From positions 79,794,001 to 79,858,000 of the forward strand of contig NC_043000.1 of assembly GCF_006345805.1 (NCBI RefSeq): 64,000 bases of DNA. The letters run 5' to 3'. Below are positions 26,922-41,114 of this stretch, piece by piece. A program made the translations under genes and the position numbers. The notes below the pieces were generated by a model, which was given only the letters and a program-made list of their open reading frames with translations, had not been told where the DNA came from and searched no databases. The stretch comes from Octopus sinensis (taxonomy: Eukaryota). Numbering within the stretch: position 1 is the first letter of the stretch; each line of letters starts with the position of its first letter.

Positions 26922-28479
26922 TGTGTGCTTGTGTATGCATGTATATGTCTGTGTGTGTGTGTGCTTGTGTATGCATATATATGACTGTGTGTGTCTGTGC
27001 TTATTAAATGAGGAAGAGAGAAAGAGAAGAAAAGGGATAGAGAGAAGAGAGAGATAAACAACAAAAAACAAGATATATGAGCATGAGTGTGCCTTTCCAT
27101 CTATTTGTGTGTATGTAGTCTATAGATATGTGTGTGCATATGTGTGTATGTAAATGTGCATGTGTATATAAGTGTGTGTATATGTATACGTGTGTGTATA
27201 AATATATGAATGTGTGTATATGTGTGTATATGTATATATGTATATATGTATATGTGTGTGTATAAATATATGCATGTGTGTATATGTGTGTATACATATA
27301 TATGTATATATGTATATGTGTATGTATATGCATAAATATATGTGTGTATGTATGTGTGTGCAAGTACACACATACCATACATGCTAAAATACACAACCAC
27401 CAATACCCCAACATGTACATCCACACACACATGCACACACGCGCACACACATACACACATATACATGCACACACATGCACATCTACAGGAACAGAGACCT
27501 AGGAACATACAGACACAGAAACAGGTTTATATGCACACGCATTCACAGATAAACATTGGCATGCATGCGTACAGACAAGTACACTAATTTGCTCATTCAC
27601 ATACACACAACACACACACACACATGCACTCATACACATACACACACATGCACACATACAGAGGCAGTTTCAAGTATACTTATATATACATCCGAATGTG
27701 GATAGCAATACCTGGTGGTAGATATGTTGATATCCTTGAATAAATCATGTGATATGAAACAATCAGCCCTATGGTTGTTCTGTATCATATACACAGTGCA
27801 CAGCTAAGTATGCTCTGTTTTAAATACAGCACAGAATAACTATTTAAACACACATACAAACACACTGACAGATACATATGTATGTAAATATACATTTATG
27901 AGTACAGACTAAAGAAAATAGTACTCAATGCATTCTTGTAGAGTTTTAAATATGTAATAATTTAATGTAATAATATGTAATAATTTAATGGTGTGATTCA
28001 GTTGGATTTTAAGTTTTTGTCAGAGCTTAAATAGTGAAAAGGGGAATTATCAAACTGCTTAATTCATCATCATTTTTGTTGTTGTTATCGTCACCACCAT
28101 CACCATCATGACCACCATCACCACCACTACTCTCCACATCATCATTGTCACCTTCGCCACCACTATTACCATCCCACCCCATTATCACCATCATGATCAC
28201 CATCACCACAACACAGCATCACCATTACCACTGCTGCTGCCACTACCATCACCACCACTACCATCACTGTTGCCACAACAACTCCCTCCCTTACCATTGC
28301 TGCTACCACTGCTAATACTATCACCTCTATCATCATCACTACCACCAGCACCACTGTTGCTGCTGCCAGGTTGCCATCATCACCACCACAACCATCATTA
28401 ACATTGTCATCATCATCAACATTGTCATCATTATCAGTTTATGTTTGTCCTGTATGTTAGAGGTCAAACCCAACCTTCC

Positions 28480-30570
28480 AGCTTATTTGTCTTTCTAGCA
28501 CTGATATCAGAGCACTTAGCAAAAATATTCTAGATAAATATAATCCTACCTAAGTTAAAAAATTAAAGTTTAATTTATGGTCTAATTCCTTCCAAGTGGT
28601 CAACTGGTTTAATTCCATTAATAACAAGAAGTGCACTAAGTTTATCCAGTTCAACATTTCTAGTTACTATTCCTCTATTAACCCAATTGTACTTAACAAG
28701 GCGCTTTGGTTCGCACACAACAAAGCAAGTTTCACCAGGGATGAAATTAATGTCATGTTAGCTGCCAGAAAATCAATCATTAAATTTGAAAACAAGCTGT
28801 GGGTCTGTAAAAATATGCCTGATAGTTTTGATGTCATGATGGGAAGTTCTGATTCAGCAAAAATCCTTTACAAGATGGTTGACGAATTCCCAAACATCAA
28901 TGGAGGTCTATATCATGACGATTGTTTACTCTACCTTCAAAAGGTTTCTAACCAAAAATTACAAAGGGTTAAAAATAGGTCGGTTAAATTTTTCTGAAAC
29001 ATGGGCTTAAGCATTGTTTTTAAAGATGATATAACTAAAGCCAACTTTTTGGATATTACTTTTATATATATAATGATTCATATTTCCCATACTATAAACC
29101 CTCAACTAATTTAAAATATATTAGTTCTTTCAGTAATCATTCAAAGGCTATTACAAGGAATTTAGTTACAAATATTTTACTTAGACTTTCTAGATTATCT
29201 GCCAATGTTGATATCTTCAATGAAAAAGCCAAACTTTACAACTCTGCTTTACTTAAAGCAGGCTATAAAGAAAAAAATTATCTATATTAACCCTATTGAC
29301 ATTAATTCTACCTCTATTAATCAGGACAATCACAGCATAATGGTAATAAGAATATAAATTTTCATTCAAATAACAACACTACATTGAAAAATTTGATCTT
29401 GCAGCATAAGGGAGATAATTGTTATTTAAGACCCTTTTTCTGTTATAAAAATACATCTAGGACTTTTAAAGATAATTACCCAAATAACAAGGTATGTCCT
29501 AGTAAAACTATTTGGTTGATAATTCCATATGGTAAGCAGATGAAATCCAATCTCCCTAACCAGTTTCGTGAAACTATAGATAGGAATTTCCCTAGAAATT
29601 CAAGATAACATTCTATTATCAATTCACACTGAATTAGAATAGGGTTTTCAAACATCAAAAGCCTTTCACAAATCATACTTCGCATAACAATAAGTTGTTA
29701 AATACAAATCCACTTAATGAAAATAATAACATTGGCATTATTAACACCAACCATTCTTTGAACAATAATAACAACAATATTAGTATTTCTGATATAAATT
29801 TCAATCACTTTTGTTTCCTTAGCAGTAATTCTAAGACTAGAAACTCTGTTTATTAATGTAAAATTACTTGTGGTTCTGATGCCTTTGTTTACATAGGTAG
29901 TTCTTCATCTCAGTTGTCCAAAAGAATATCTAACCATTACTCTACATTTAGACATATCAATAAATGCAACAGCACTGGGTTTACTAAATTAATTTGGTCT
30001 CATAAGGAACATAATAAACAATTTGATTTGGAATGGAATATCCTATTTAGGTCCTTTCCATATGATACAGGTAAATCTTCTTGTCCGCGCTGTAATGAAG
30101 AACTCTGTCTAATCCTGTTCTCAGAGAATTCTCTTGTAAACACATTTAATGAATGCATTTATTGTTGCAAACATTGGCAAAAACATGCCTTTAGTTCCAA
30201 TAAGTAATTTCTACCAGCCTATAAAATTCAACCTTTAACTGTCTTCTTACATTTCATTTCCTCTAAATTTATCTATTTCCTTGCTTTTAAGCTTTATTCC
30301 CATTCATCTGTAGCACTACATTTCTCCACACTTGGTTTCCTGCTATTTTCTTTCTTTCTCTAAATTGCATTTGACATTAAATCTATTAATGTTTTTTTAA
30401 AAAATTAACTTGCCAGCATTCCCTTCATCATATATGCAGTCATCACATTCGGTTAAATGGCTTGTTGATGTTGTTTCTCTTTTTTCCCTGATGAGAAGAT
30501 TGCATTGTTTTACAATCATTTTATTCCCTCTGGAATAATACCAATGTTTTCTTCGAAACATATGTCAGAT
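28480..30570 (+). mobile_element. Penelope-like element (Naiad-type), second copy, ending in an HHR-bearing 3' region
   Basis: Near-identical to 15627-17290. VVNWFNSI..KFIQFNISSYYSSI, LYHDD and the GIY-YIG end at 29914-30207. The 3' UTR runs to about 30570, followed by (TA)n. Confidence 0.9.
30482..30570 (+). ncRNA. Hammerhead ribozyme motif in PLE 3' end (extended stem II)
   Basis: CUGAUGA 30488-94, stem II GAAGA/UCUUC around a 50-nt insert, GAAA 30555-58, C-AUAU-G, then UC. The 3' strand of stem I is disrupted. Confidence 0.65.
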
Positions 30571-30589
30571 ATATTATATGTGTGTGTAA

Positions 30590-30647
<58 letters not shown>

Positions 30648-30706
30648 ATATATATACATACATACATATATACACACATATATATATACATATATATATA
30701 CATATA

Positions 30707-31048
<342 letters not shown>

Positions 31049-31222
31049 AATATTAGGGAATAAATCCAAATTTACAGGGAAAAAAAATCAGATTTAGGAT
31101 TAAATCCAATTTTATAGTAAAATATTATAAAATATTATTAGAGACAAAACCACTATTTTGCAAAACAAACAAGGAAAGACTTAATCAATACATAAAACTT
31201 TAATAAATAGTCAAAAAAACCG

Positions 31223-31265
31223 CCACTACAATCGTTTCTTGTCTTGATCGACAATCTTCAGGTGG
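31223..31265 (-). ncRNA. Type-I hammerhead ribozyme (mirror copy)
   Basis: Exact reverse complement of 31911-31953. Confidence 0.85.
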
Positions 31266-31910
31266 ACTTCAAATTTTTCTGGAGTCTGAGTCCATTTTTT
31301 ATACAAATTGTTCTCAAACATGCTGTTGTATTACATATGTGAGCCTTTTAATTCATAAGTGAAGGCAATGATTTTTTCGTTATTAGCTGATGATTCTCAT
31401 TTAATTAATTGAGAAAAAGACGTCTATCTCTGTATGAATTTTTTTTTTTTTTCTGACATGGAAGAACCTTTAGAAATTCATTTTTATCAGAAATCGTCAC
31501 AACTATAATGTATACATACGTGTGTGTGTATAAATAGCTGGTTAAGACGCCAAAGACATAAAGTTCAAACACAGGAAGTTAGAAAACGATTTTTCTAACT
31601 TCCTGTGTTTGAACTTTATGTCTTTGGCGTCTTAACCAGCTATTTATACACACACACGTATGTATACATTATAGTTGTGACGATTTCTGATAAAAATGAA
31701 TTTCTAAAGGTTCTTCCATGTCAGAAAAAAAAAAAAATTCATACAGAGATAGACGTCTTTTTCTCAATTAATTAAATGAGAATCATCAGCTAATAACGAA
31801 AAAATCATTGCCTTCACTTATGAATTAAAAGGCTCACATATGTAATACAACAGCATGTTTGAGAACAATTTGTATAAAAAATGGACTCAGACTCCAGAAA
31901 AATTGGAAGT

Positions 31911-31953
31911 CCACCTGAAGATTGTCGATCAAGACAAGAAACGATTGTAGTGG
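31911..31953 (+). ncRNA. Type-I hammerhead ribozyme
   Basis: CCAC-CUGAAGA-UUGUC(GAUCAA)GACAA-GAAA-C(GAUU)G-UA|GUGG. All core nucleotides are intact and the predicted cut is after 31949. Confidence 0.85.
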
Positions 31954-32240
31954 CGGTTTTTTTGACTATTTATTAAAGTTTTATGTATTGATTAAGTCTT
32001 TCCTTGTTTGTTTTGCAAAATAGTGGTTTTGTCTCTAATAATATTTTATATATATATATATATATATACATATATATATACATATATATATATACATATA
32101 TATACATATATATATACACACACACACATATATACACTAACACACACACATATATATATACACGTACATACACATATGTATGAGTAAGTGCATGTATATA
32201 TATATATTTGTGTGTATGTGTGTGTGTATGTGTGTGAGTG

Positions 32241-32277
<37 letters not shown>

Positions 32278-32832
32278 TTGCATGTCTATATCTGTTTATA
32301 TGTATATCCATAACTTTAGATTTGAGTGGATTTGGTAGATGGAAACTGAAAGAAGCTCCTCTCATATATATATATATCATGCATATATGTCTATATATGA
32401 TGCATATGTGTCTACATAACTACGTCTATTTTTCACTGCCATTTAAATTTCTATTTGTTTATATGTATATGATTATACTGCTGGGCACCTGTGAATCTTT
32501 TTACTTATGCATGCACTTATATACACTGATTATATAGACACATGCATAAGTCATTCGATATATTCTTTTCTATATGTTAGCATCTATAAGTGTGCATGCA
32601 TATATATATGTGTATGGATAAGTATGTATATATATATATGTGAGTATGTGTGTGTGCATATGTAAATATATGTGTGTATATATGGTTGTGTGTGTCTGCA
32701 TATGTATATGTATATATATATATATGTATGTGTCTTTATACAACTATGTATGCGAGTGTGTATGCATGTATGAATGTGTTCACTCCAGCATGACCACAGC
32801 CACATGGTTGAATGGATAAAAGAATATATGTA

Positions 32833-32870
<38 letters not shown>

Positions 32871-33257
32871 AAGGCTCAAGCTCAGTGGTTAGAACGTTGG
32901 GCTCACAATCATGAGGTAATGAGTTTCATTCCCAGACTGGGCTCTGTGTTGTGTTTTTGAGCAAGACATTTCATTTCACGTTGCTCCAGTTCACTCATCT
33001 GTAGAAATGTCACTGGTGCCAAGCTGTATTGGCCTTTGCCTTTCCCTTGGATAACATTGGTGTCATGAAGAGTGGAGACTGCCATGCAATGAGTAACTGC
33101 TGATCTTCTATAAACAACCTTGTCCAGACTTGTACATTGGAAGGAAACTTTCATGACTGAAAGAGTTTGATTTGGTTTCTGTGCTACTTTAAATATATAT
33201 TCTGTTGTGTCTGGGGAGAGTCATTTTCTTTTTGTGCCTTATAATTTAACACACTCA

Positions 33258-34722
33258 GTTATGGATGATTTAGTTATTTACTGCAAAACCCATGGTGGCC
33301 AAAATGATCAGAACAGTTGAAAAAATAACAAAATAATCAAAAATGACAGAGAATACGGGAATTATTTAATATTTAGTGTGAAGCCCTTTAGCTTCAATCA
33401 CACTTTGACATCTTTGACTGCATGAGGAAATTAAATTTTCAATTTCTTGCTAGGTGATCTTATTCCATTCTTCCTGAAGGGCATTCCATAATTGCTCGGT
33501 TGTTTTAGGATTTCTGGCTTTTGAACGTTCTCCTAGAATATTCCACACATTTTCAATAGGATTGAGATCTGGGCTTTGAGCAGGCCAATCCATAATAATA
33601 ACCTTTTCAGCCTTGAGGAAGTTCATGACCACCTTAGCCTTGTGACATGGGGCATTGTCCTGCATGAATATGGGTGGTCGCTTAGTTGAATTTCTCAGCA
33701 CAGGCAAGACATGATCTTTTACGAGTTGTTTATAAACTCCTGCATTTACCTTTCCGTGTAATCGCGCCAAAGAGCCCACACCATTTCCAGATATCATCCC
33801 CCAAACCATGACACTTCTTCCACCGAATTTAACACTAGTCTTAAGGCATTTAGGCGACAATTTTTCACCTACTTTTCAACGAACATACCTTTTCCCATCT
33901 GAGCTAAATAACATAAACTTAGATTCATCACTGAAATGCACCGTTTGCCATTTTTCTTGAGACCACAACACATGTTCGGTTGCAAAGGTAAGATGACAGT
34001 TTTTATTTTTGGAACTGATCAGTGGCTTCACTGCAGGTGATCTTGCTTGTAGGTTATGTTCAACTAAACGATGAGACACAGTTTTTCGAGATAACGTTTT
34101 CTTCAGTACAATGCTCATTTCCCAAGGAACAGCAGCAGCAGTTTTAAATCTGTCCTTTTTAACCAACTTTACCATAGCACGATCTTCTCTCTTGGTCGTT
34201 TTTCTTGGCCTACCTGTAGACTTTCTTGCTTCACACAAACCACATTCATCGAAGACCTTAAGAATACCGTGAACAACACTTTTTGACTTGTTAACAATCT
34301 TTGCAATAGACCCAATACTTAAATTATCCTTCTTTCGAAGCTTAATAATCTGCTGACGAATTGATAACGGAGTAAGTGGCATTATATTAACAAAGTACAC
34401 TGCAGATATTCTTACTAATGTTTAGTAAATGAACCATCACGTAAACAAATTCAAAACATTAGAGTTTGCCAGTTAAATATACTAAAACACGGAGTAAAAG
34501 CAACCGTTCTGATCATTTTGGCCGCCATGGGTTTTGCAGTAAATCACTAAATCATCTATAACTTTTGTATTATCCGCTCAAATTACACCAAAATCTCAGA
34601 CAATAACAATTAATATTGTATTTATTGTGTGTGAAAATTATAGAATATAAAACAACTTTGATAAAAACTTATACCCACTTTTTCTGGCGAAAACAATGCC
34701 GTTCTGAACATTTTGGCCGCAA

Positions 34723-34725
<3 letters not shown>
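33258..34725 (-). mobile_element. Tc1 (DD34E) transposon with IR/DR-type ends, left TIR truncated
   Basis: Right terminus TA-CAGTTGCGGCCAAAATGTTCAGAACGG at 34725, with an inner direct repeat at about 34504-34525. 33258-33320 is the reverse complement of 34501-34562. Confidence 0.92.
33366..34382 (-). pseudogene. Tc1 transposase (338 codons, two in-frame stops, no frameshift)
   Basis: MPLTPLS...GRPRKTT...FSDESKF...QDNAPCH...SPDLNPIENVW...KGLHTKY*. D-to-E spacing is 34. Stops at 33876-78 and 33450-52. Confidence 0.92.
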
Positions 34726-34762
<37 letters not shown>

Positions 34763-35029
34763 TTAGCCACTTCTTTGTTATGGCTGGACAATGAGTAACT
34801 GTTGGTTTTGTAAATTTTTTCACATCTATAAAGCCCTTGGAGCTTTATAGGTGTGAAACCAGTGGTTACTGTCTGACCGGCCATAGCAAGCAATCTTCTG
34901 AGTATTACTGCTTTAATGCTTTAGAGTGTGTTAGTGCAGTCTTCTGACTTTCCAGCTCTGTCAAACCGTCCAACTCATGCCAGCATGGAAAACATATGTT
35001 AAATGATGATGATGATGTACTATTGACCA

Positions 35030-35063
<34 letters not shown>

Positions 35064-35451
35064 TAAAGAAATATATATGTTGAAATAAAAAGGCAAAAAA
35101 GAACAAAATGACCGGATTAATTCACAGTCACTGTTATTAGTTTGACACCCAAGAGAGTGAAAAGAGTTAATGGCTATTACATTCTGGACATTGTCCTTGT
35201 TTGGATAGTGATAAAAGAGAGGAGGAAAGACCAGGAGAAAATGGATAAAAAAAAATTGGAATAGGTGGTTGGAAAATTAAAATTGCAATCTCCAGGAGAG
35301 CTGTCATGTGGTACTGTTCTACAAGCTTTGTGTTGACTTGACTACCGGTAAGGAGTAGACTAAATGGGGTATGTTTTGGCTGGAGAATGAATGTGAGGAC
35401 AGATGTGTGTATTTGTGTGTTGGTGGCATATTGTGTGTGTGTGTGTGTGTT

Positions 35452-35482
<31 letters not shown>

Positions 35483-35563
35483 TTGTATGCATGCACGTGT
35501 GTGTGTGTGTGTGTGTGTTGTATGCATGCACGTGTGTGTGTGTGTGTGTGTGTTTGTATGCAT

Positions 35564-35599
<36 letters not shown>

Positions 35600-35941
35600 G
35601 TGGTATGATGAAGTAGTTTCTGTGTATTTAGTTCTCAATGTGTAATGTGGTATGTATATGAGTTTGTGTGTAGGTAAAGACATTGAATAGTGTTTGGCAG
35701 TTGTATTCTGAAAGTATGTCTGTGTGTTCGTTTGCTGCAGGACTTATGGCTGCTAAACTAGGAGCTAGGCTGATGTATGTACCTGTGAACATATTACTGT
35801 GTGTATGTGTGTGTGTGTGTGTGTCTATATGTATGTGAAGCATGTGAAAGTAATTACACAGTGTATACTATCATCTTTGTGTTCTATGTATGTGAGTATA
35901 AGTGACTATGTGAGAGTGTGTATATTGTGTATGTGTGTATA

Positions 35942-36832
35942 TCATATCTATAAAAGGGAGGATGTGTGTGTGTGTGTGTACGTGATTGTAATTTATGCAC
36001 ATCAACAAATTAGCACGCATGTCGCTCAAATTTTAGGAGGACATTTGTCAACATCCTATCTGGGTTTTGTCAACTTATTTCCCCACCACCCCAAGGCACC
36101 CGCGGATAGGGTAAAAATGTATTTTCAACCATTTTCAACCATAGCTTTTAACCATAACAAATATCAGCCTTTACTTTTTGATGGCGTCTGACAAAAAAAA
36201 AATAAGATAAAGAAAAGTGGAAAAAGGAGGCAGAGAGTTTCATGGGAAAAACAAAGTAAGAGAAGGAGAGAGAGAGAGTAAGTGACTACGTTCATAAAAA
36301 TAAAATGTAAAATGTTTTTGTTTTTGAAAGGCACACTATATTTTATAATCATAGTATATATACTTTCTCACACAACAATTACGATATATTTATTTTAAAT
36401 CATTTATTTATTCTAAATCGTTCATCTTTCTCCCCCTCCTCTTTCTCTCACACACATTACTTTGGGTGCAAAAGAGTTTTGTTTTTATTTTACCCCGAGT
36501 AAAAAAGTGTTTTGTTGACAATCCATTTATTTAACAACAAAGAAACAAAGAGGTGAGTAACGATTTGTCAGTGAATTACACAATATAAATGGGTACAATT
36601 TGCAAGGCTTCCACGGACCACAAAAGGGTTTTGAGGCCAGAGTAGTTGATTCCATGCAAAAAAAAAAAACGATTTTTTCTTAGTGAAAATTGTGTGAGTG
36701 TTAATCTACAAATTTAACAACATTTTTCCTATTCATTTCTGTTTATGAACATGTATGCGTGCACAAAACACGCAATAGGTGTACGTACGTACGTGTGTGT
36801 ATGTGTGTTCGTGTCTGTTGCCCATATATATT

Positions 36833-36875
<43 letters not shown>

Positions 36876-37023
36876 GATATATACATATATATATAATATA
36901 ACTAATTTCAACGGATTTCGCCCAAATTTGACGTCTATATTACTTAGTTTGGTTTGAAATAAAGAACTTGATTAGCTTAATAATCGTAACTTAATCCCGG
37001 ACAAGGCCGGGTTATACTGCTAG
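35942..37023 (+). mobile_element. Non-autonomous Helitron-like element
   Basis: 5' a|TC start, 3' hairpin cccgg-acaagg-ccggg (36996-37011), then CTAG|t (37020-24). No TSD. Confidence 0.65.
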
Positions 37024-37399
37024 TCTCTTATATGCATGTATGTTTGCGCATATGAAGAAATGTGATTGTCAAATTGTAATGTATGTGTTCTTGAATTTGC
37101 TATGAATAATTATCAAATGAATGTGGTCATTCATTTGTCATGTGTTTGTGTGTGCGACTGCATGTGTTTTGTGCATGTCTACTAGATATACAGGTTTGTA
37201 TGTGTATGTGGATGCAAAAATGTGTAATGGAAGTGTGTATTCAGTTATTATGAATATTGCTGCTTTATGTCAAAAACGGTTGATTCAATGTGTATGTGCA
37301 CGTGTGTGTGTGTATGTGTGTGTGTGTGTGCAGTGCATTTTTATAGGAAAATGGCATTGACTTGAGGTTGAAGGTGGCATGGATTTGAAGAGAAAAAAT

Positions 37400-38000
37400 A
37401 AAATACTGCTCTGTGCGTAACTTAAAGTTTGCAAATTAATAGTGTAGGGAGTGAAAATGGTTAGAGACAGAGGTAAGGTTTCCAAGCTGAATGTCCAAAA
37501 GATGTTTCATGAATCATTTGACTAAATAGCTACTGGTTTGATTTATGTGCATGTCATTGCAGAAGGAGAATTTTGTGCAGTGGGTGACAGTGGTATAGAT
37601 ACAGGTGAAGCAAAAACAAATGTGAAAACTACAGTGTTTGGATCCTTGGAGGGAAGTCCTATTGACGAGAGATAGACAGTTGTGACAAGACTAGGAACAA
37701 AGAATGAATCCAAGAGAATTAAGAGAGGACAAGGAGAGGGAACCAGTAAGTCATGTATATTATGACATGCTTGAATGAGGGGGAGGATGGAACAAGAAAG
37801 AGAGGGAAGTTGGTAGGATTGGACTGGAGGAAGTGGAATAGCATGCTAGATCTTACAGTGGAAGGTTGGAAAAAGAGAAGATAAGGGATGCAGCTGGGAA
37901 TGTGATGGGTGTAGATGGAGAGGACAGAGATGTGGTTGATTTGGTGCGATTGGATTAGAGGGTGACTTGGACTAGAGAGGGAGGTATCCACGTCAGATGA
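37400..38000 (-). mobile_element. Highly decayed PLE (linker plus GIY-YIG remnant)
   Basis: FHFLQSNPT...SFKH and FTCI...HINQTSSYLVK*FMKHL resemble the FTC..YIGETGR.L..RF.EHL pattern. Confidence 0.45.
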
Positions 38001-38021
38001 GGAGACAGGCCTGTATTATGA

Positions 38022-38585
38022 ATGGGTTTCAAAGTCTTGTGGTTGCACAATAAATTAATTTGGGATCTAAAAAACTACAATGAACTGTTTAATTTAGAAT
38101 GGTTGATTTTCTCAATCTTGATACCTTATGACAAAGGCAAAAAATTCTGTCTTCTCTGTAATTCTGAACAATTTTTCATTATTTTTTCTAAAAACACAGT
38201 TATAGAGCATCCATACCGATGTAAACATTGGCAAAAACACACCTTTAGTTCATATAAGTAATCTCTATCATTATATATAATTTAATCATTATTTTTCTTT
38301 TTATATTTAACATTCACTAAAAAAATATCCCTCCTCTTTCTATAGGCTACTTCTGATGTTATATCATATAACATTTTTTCAAACAATATTAATAGGTTCA
38401 GTAAATCATTATACATATACATCATTTTCTGTTAAAATGTCTTATTGATGAGTTTCATTTCTTCACTTCCCTGAAGAGAAGGTTACATTACTTTACACCA
38501 TTTATTCCTTTGGAACAATATCAGTGAAATCTTCAAAACATGTGTCGGAAGTAAAAGTATTTGAATTATACCTGCATTAAACTCC
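38022..38585 (+). mobile_element. Diverged Naiad PLE 3' end with HHR
   Basis: LEWLIFS..PYDKGKKFCLLCNSE...CKHWQKHTFSSYK*, homologous to 16917-17210. Confidence 0.8.
38465..38552 (+). ncRNA. Hammerhead ribozyme motif (GAAA mutated to AAAA)
   Basis: Perfect stem I ACUUCC/GGAAGU, CUGAAGA 38471-77, stem II GAAG/CUUC with a long insert, C-AUGU-G, GUC cut site. Confidence 0.7.
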
Positions 38586-38632
38586 ATTTATATATATATA
38601 TATATACAAATATATATAAATATATATATATA

Positions 38633-38964
38633 TAATAAAATATTAGGGAATAAATCCAAACTTACAGGGAAAAATCAGATTTAGGATTGAATCCAATTTT
38701 ATAGTAAAATATTATATTATATTAAATTAGAGATAAAACCACTATTAGGCGAATCATACAAAGAAAAACTTAAGCCAATACATAAGATTAATTAATTTAT
38801 ATTATTTAAATATATATCAAAATTATTAAAAAAGATAATTAATATTTTTTAATAATTTTGATATATATTTAAATAATATAAATTAATTAATCTTATGTAT
38901 TGGCTCAAGTTTTTCTTTGTATGATTTGCCTAATAGTGGTTTTATCTCTAATTTAATATAATAT
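38633..38964. repeat. Palindromic insert of the 31046-32050 family
   Basis: Starts aatattagggaataaatccaaa(c/t)ttacaggg as at 31049. Inverted arms at about 38713-38832 and 38844-38964. Confidence 0.85.
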
Positions 38965-39557
38965 CATCATCATCATCATCATCATCGTTTAGCGTCCGTT
39001 TTCCATGCTAGATATAAATATGCATGTATGTATGTAAGCATGTATGTATATATATAATCATATATATATGTGTGTGTGTATATATATATTTATTTACTTA
39101 TCTATAATATACCTTCATCCCCAGCCAATCTTAAATGATGAAGCCATAGTGATTCTATTGACTGTGATTAGAAGGTAGAATTGATGTATGGAAGAAAAGC
39201 ATCTTATTGATTTACATCCTTTTACACCAAAAGAAGGTAATGTTAAAAATATTCAGCAAATCAAGATCAGTGATGAAAGAAGCAGATTGAGGACTGTGGC
39301 TCAAATGAATTCTATCAAAAACCAGTTGAGGATGGTGCCCCAGCACAGCCACAGTCCACTGATGGAAAACCAGTAAAAGAACAACAGAATAGTCACAAGT
39401 TTAGTATTTTGGTAGGTAAGGTTGGAAGACAGGGTGTGTAATAGATTTGTTTTTTAGAAGAGAAAATGACAACATCATCAACATGAAATTATTAAAAACA
39501 AACAACAATATAATAAACAGCAAGTTAATTAAAATAAAACAAAATTAAAAACACAAG

Positions 39558-39720
39558 GTGCGGGCGTGGATGTGTGGTAAGAAGCTTGCATTTCAGCCAC
39601 ATGGTTCTGGGTTCATTCCCACTGCATAGCACCCTAGGCAAGTGTCTTCTACTATAGCCTCAGGCCAACCAAAGCCTTGTGAATGGATTTGGTAGACAGA
39701 AACTGAAAGAAGCTCGTCAT
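39558..39720 (+). mobile_element. SINE family B, 5' half
   Basis: tRNA-like head gcgtggatgtgtggtaag...gggttcattccc and a CORE-like ggcaagtgtctt. Confidence 0.75.
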
Positions 39721-39732
39721 ATATATATATAT

Positions 39733-39900
39733 GGAGGCGCAATGGCCCAGTGGTTAGGGCAGCGAACTTGCGGTCGGAGGATCGCGGTTTCGATTCCCAG
39801 ACCGGGCGTTGTGTGTGTTTATTGAGCGAAAACACCTAAAAGCTCCACGAGGCTCCGGCAGGGGATGGTGGTGATCCCTGCTGTACTCTTTCACCACTCT
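39733..39900 (+). mobile_element. Young CpG-rich tRNA-derived SINE nested in family B
   Basis: A-box tggcccagtgg, B-box-like ggtttcgattccc, CpGs undecayed. Confidence 0.8.
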
Positions 39901-40605
39901 AAAGGCGGTGCTCCAGCATGGCCGCAGTCAAATGACTGAAACAAGTACAAAAAAAAAAAATATATATATATTTGTTTGTGTGTGTGCATGCATATGTGTG
40001 TGTGCACATACGTGTGTTTGTCCACCACATCACCACCACTTAACAACTGATGTTGGTCTATTCATGTCCCCAAAACATAGTAGTTCAGCAAAAAAAAAGA
40101 CTGGTAGAATAAGTACCAGGCTGAAAAAAAATGTCTTGGGGTCAATTTGTTTAACTAAAAGTTCTTCACAGCAGTGCTCCAGCATGAACTGAAACAGATA
40201 AAAAAAAACACAATAAAAATCACAATATACAATAACAGTAAAAGCAACAGTAATATAAAAACAACAACAAGCATTGCAGCAATAATAGCAACAACAGCAA
40301 CAGCAATAGTTACAAAAAGGAAAAGTAAAGAAAGTTAATGGAAACTGCTCCTTCAGGGTTTTGAAAAAATTCTTCTCTGAAGAATAAAGCAAAATGGATA
40401 AAGAAAATGGTGTCAAAATAATAGATTAGGAAGTAGGAAGTAAAAAGATGTTTGTGTGACATGGAACAATAAATTAGTTGTGTTTTGAGACTGTGAATGA
40501 TTGTAACAACAGCCCCGACTTGTGGTCACTATATATTGCTGCTGTCTCTATATCTTCTTAAACATTGCTCTTTAGTTATTGACCATGCTCACACACACAC
40601 ATGCT

Positions 40606-40651
<46 letters not shown>

Positions 40652-40868
40652 ACACACACACACACAGAAACATACATCACACATATTCTTTTGAAATAGC
40701 AAGAATCAATATTCAATACGAAATGAAACAACATTGATCTTTTGGAAATGGTTTCTGAGAAGAAACACCAAATCAATCTACAAAACATTTCCGTCATTCA
40801 AGTAAAGTTAGAGAAATTCTGTCAATTTTTTATCTGATTGATATTTGATAACTTTGAGCTAAACTGTT

Positions 40869-40906
<38 letters not shown>

Positions 40907-41114
40907 TATTGGTTTCAAATTTTGACACAAGGCCAGCAGTTTATGTGGAGGTGGTAAGTCGATTACATCGACCCCAGTGATCAACTAATACTTATTTTAT
41001 TGTCCTCAAAAAGATGAAAGGCTAACTCAGAATGTAAAGATGGATGAAATGCTGCAAAGCATTTTGCCTGGCATGCTAAAAATTCTGCCAGTTTGCCGCC
41101 CTACTTATTGCGGT

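Noticed and set aside
39733-39810. Functional tRNA gene
   Set aside because: The tRNA-like head continues into a SINE body with no proper acceptor stem or terminator.
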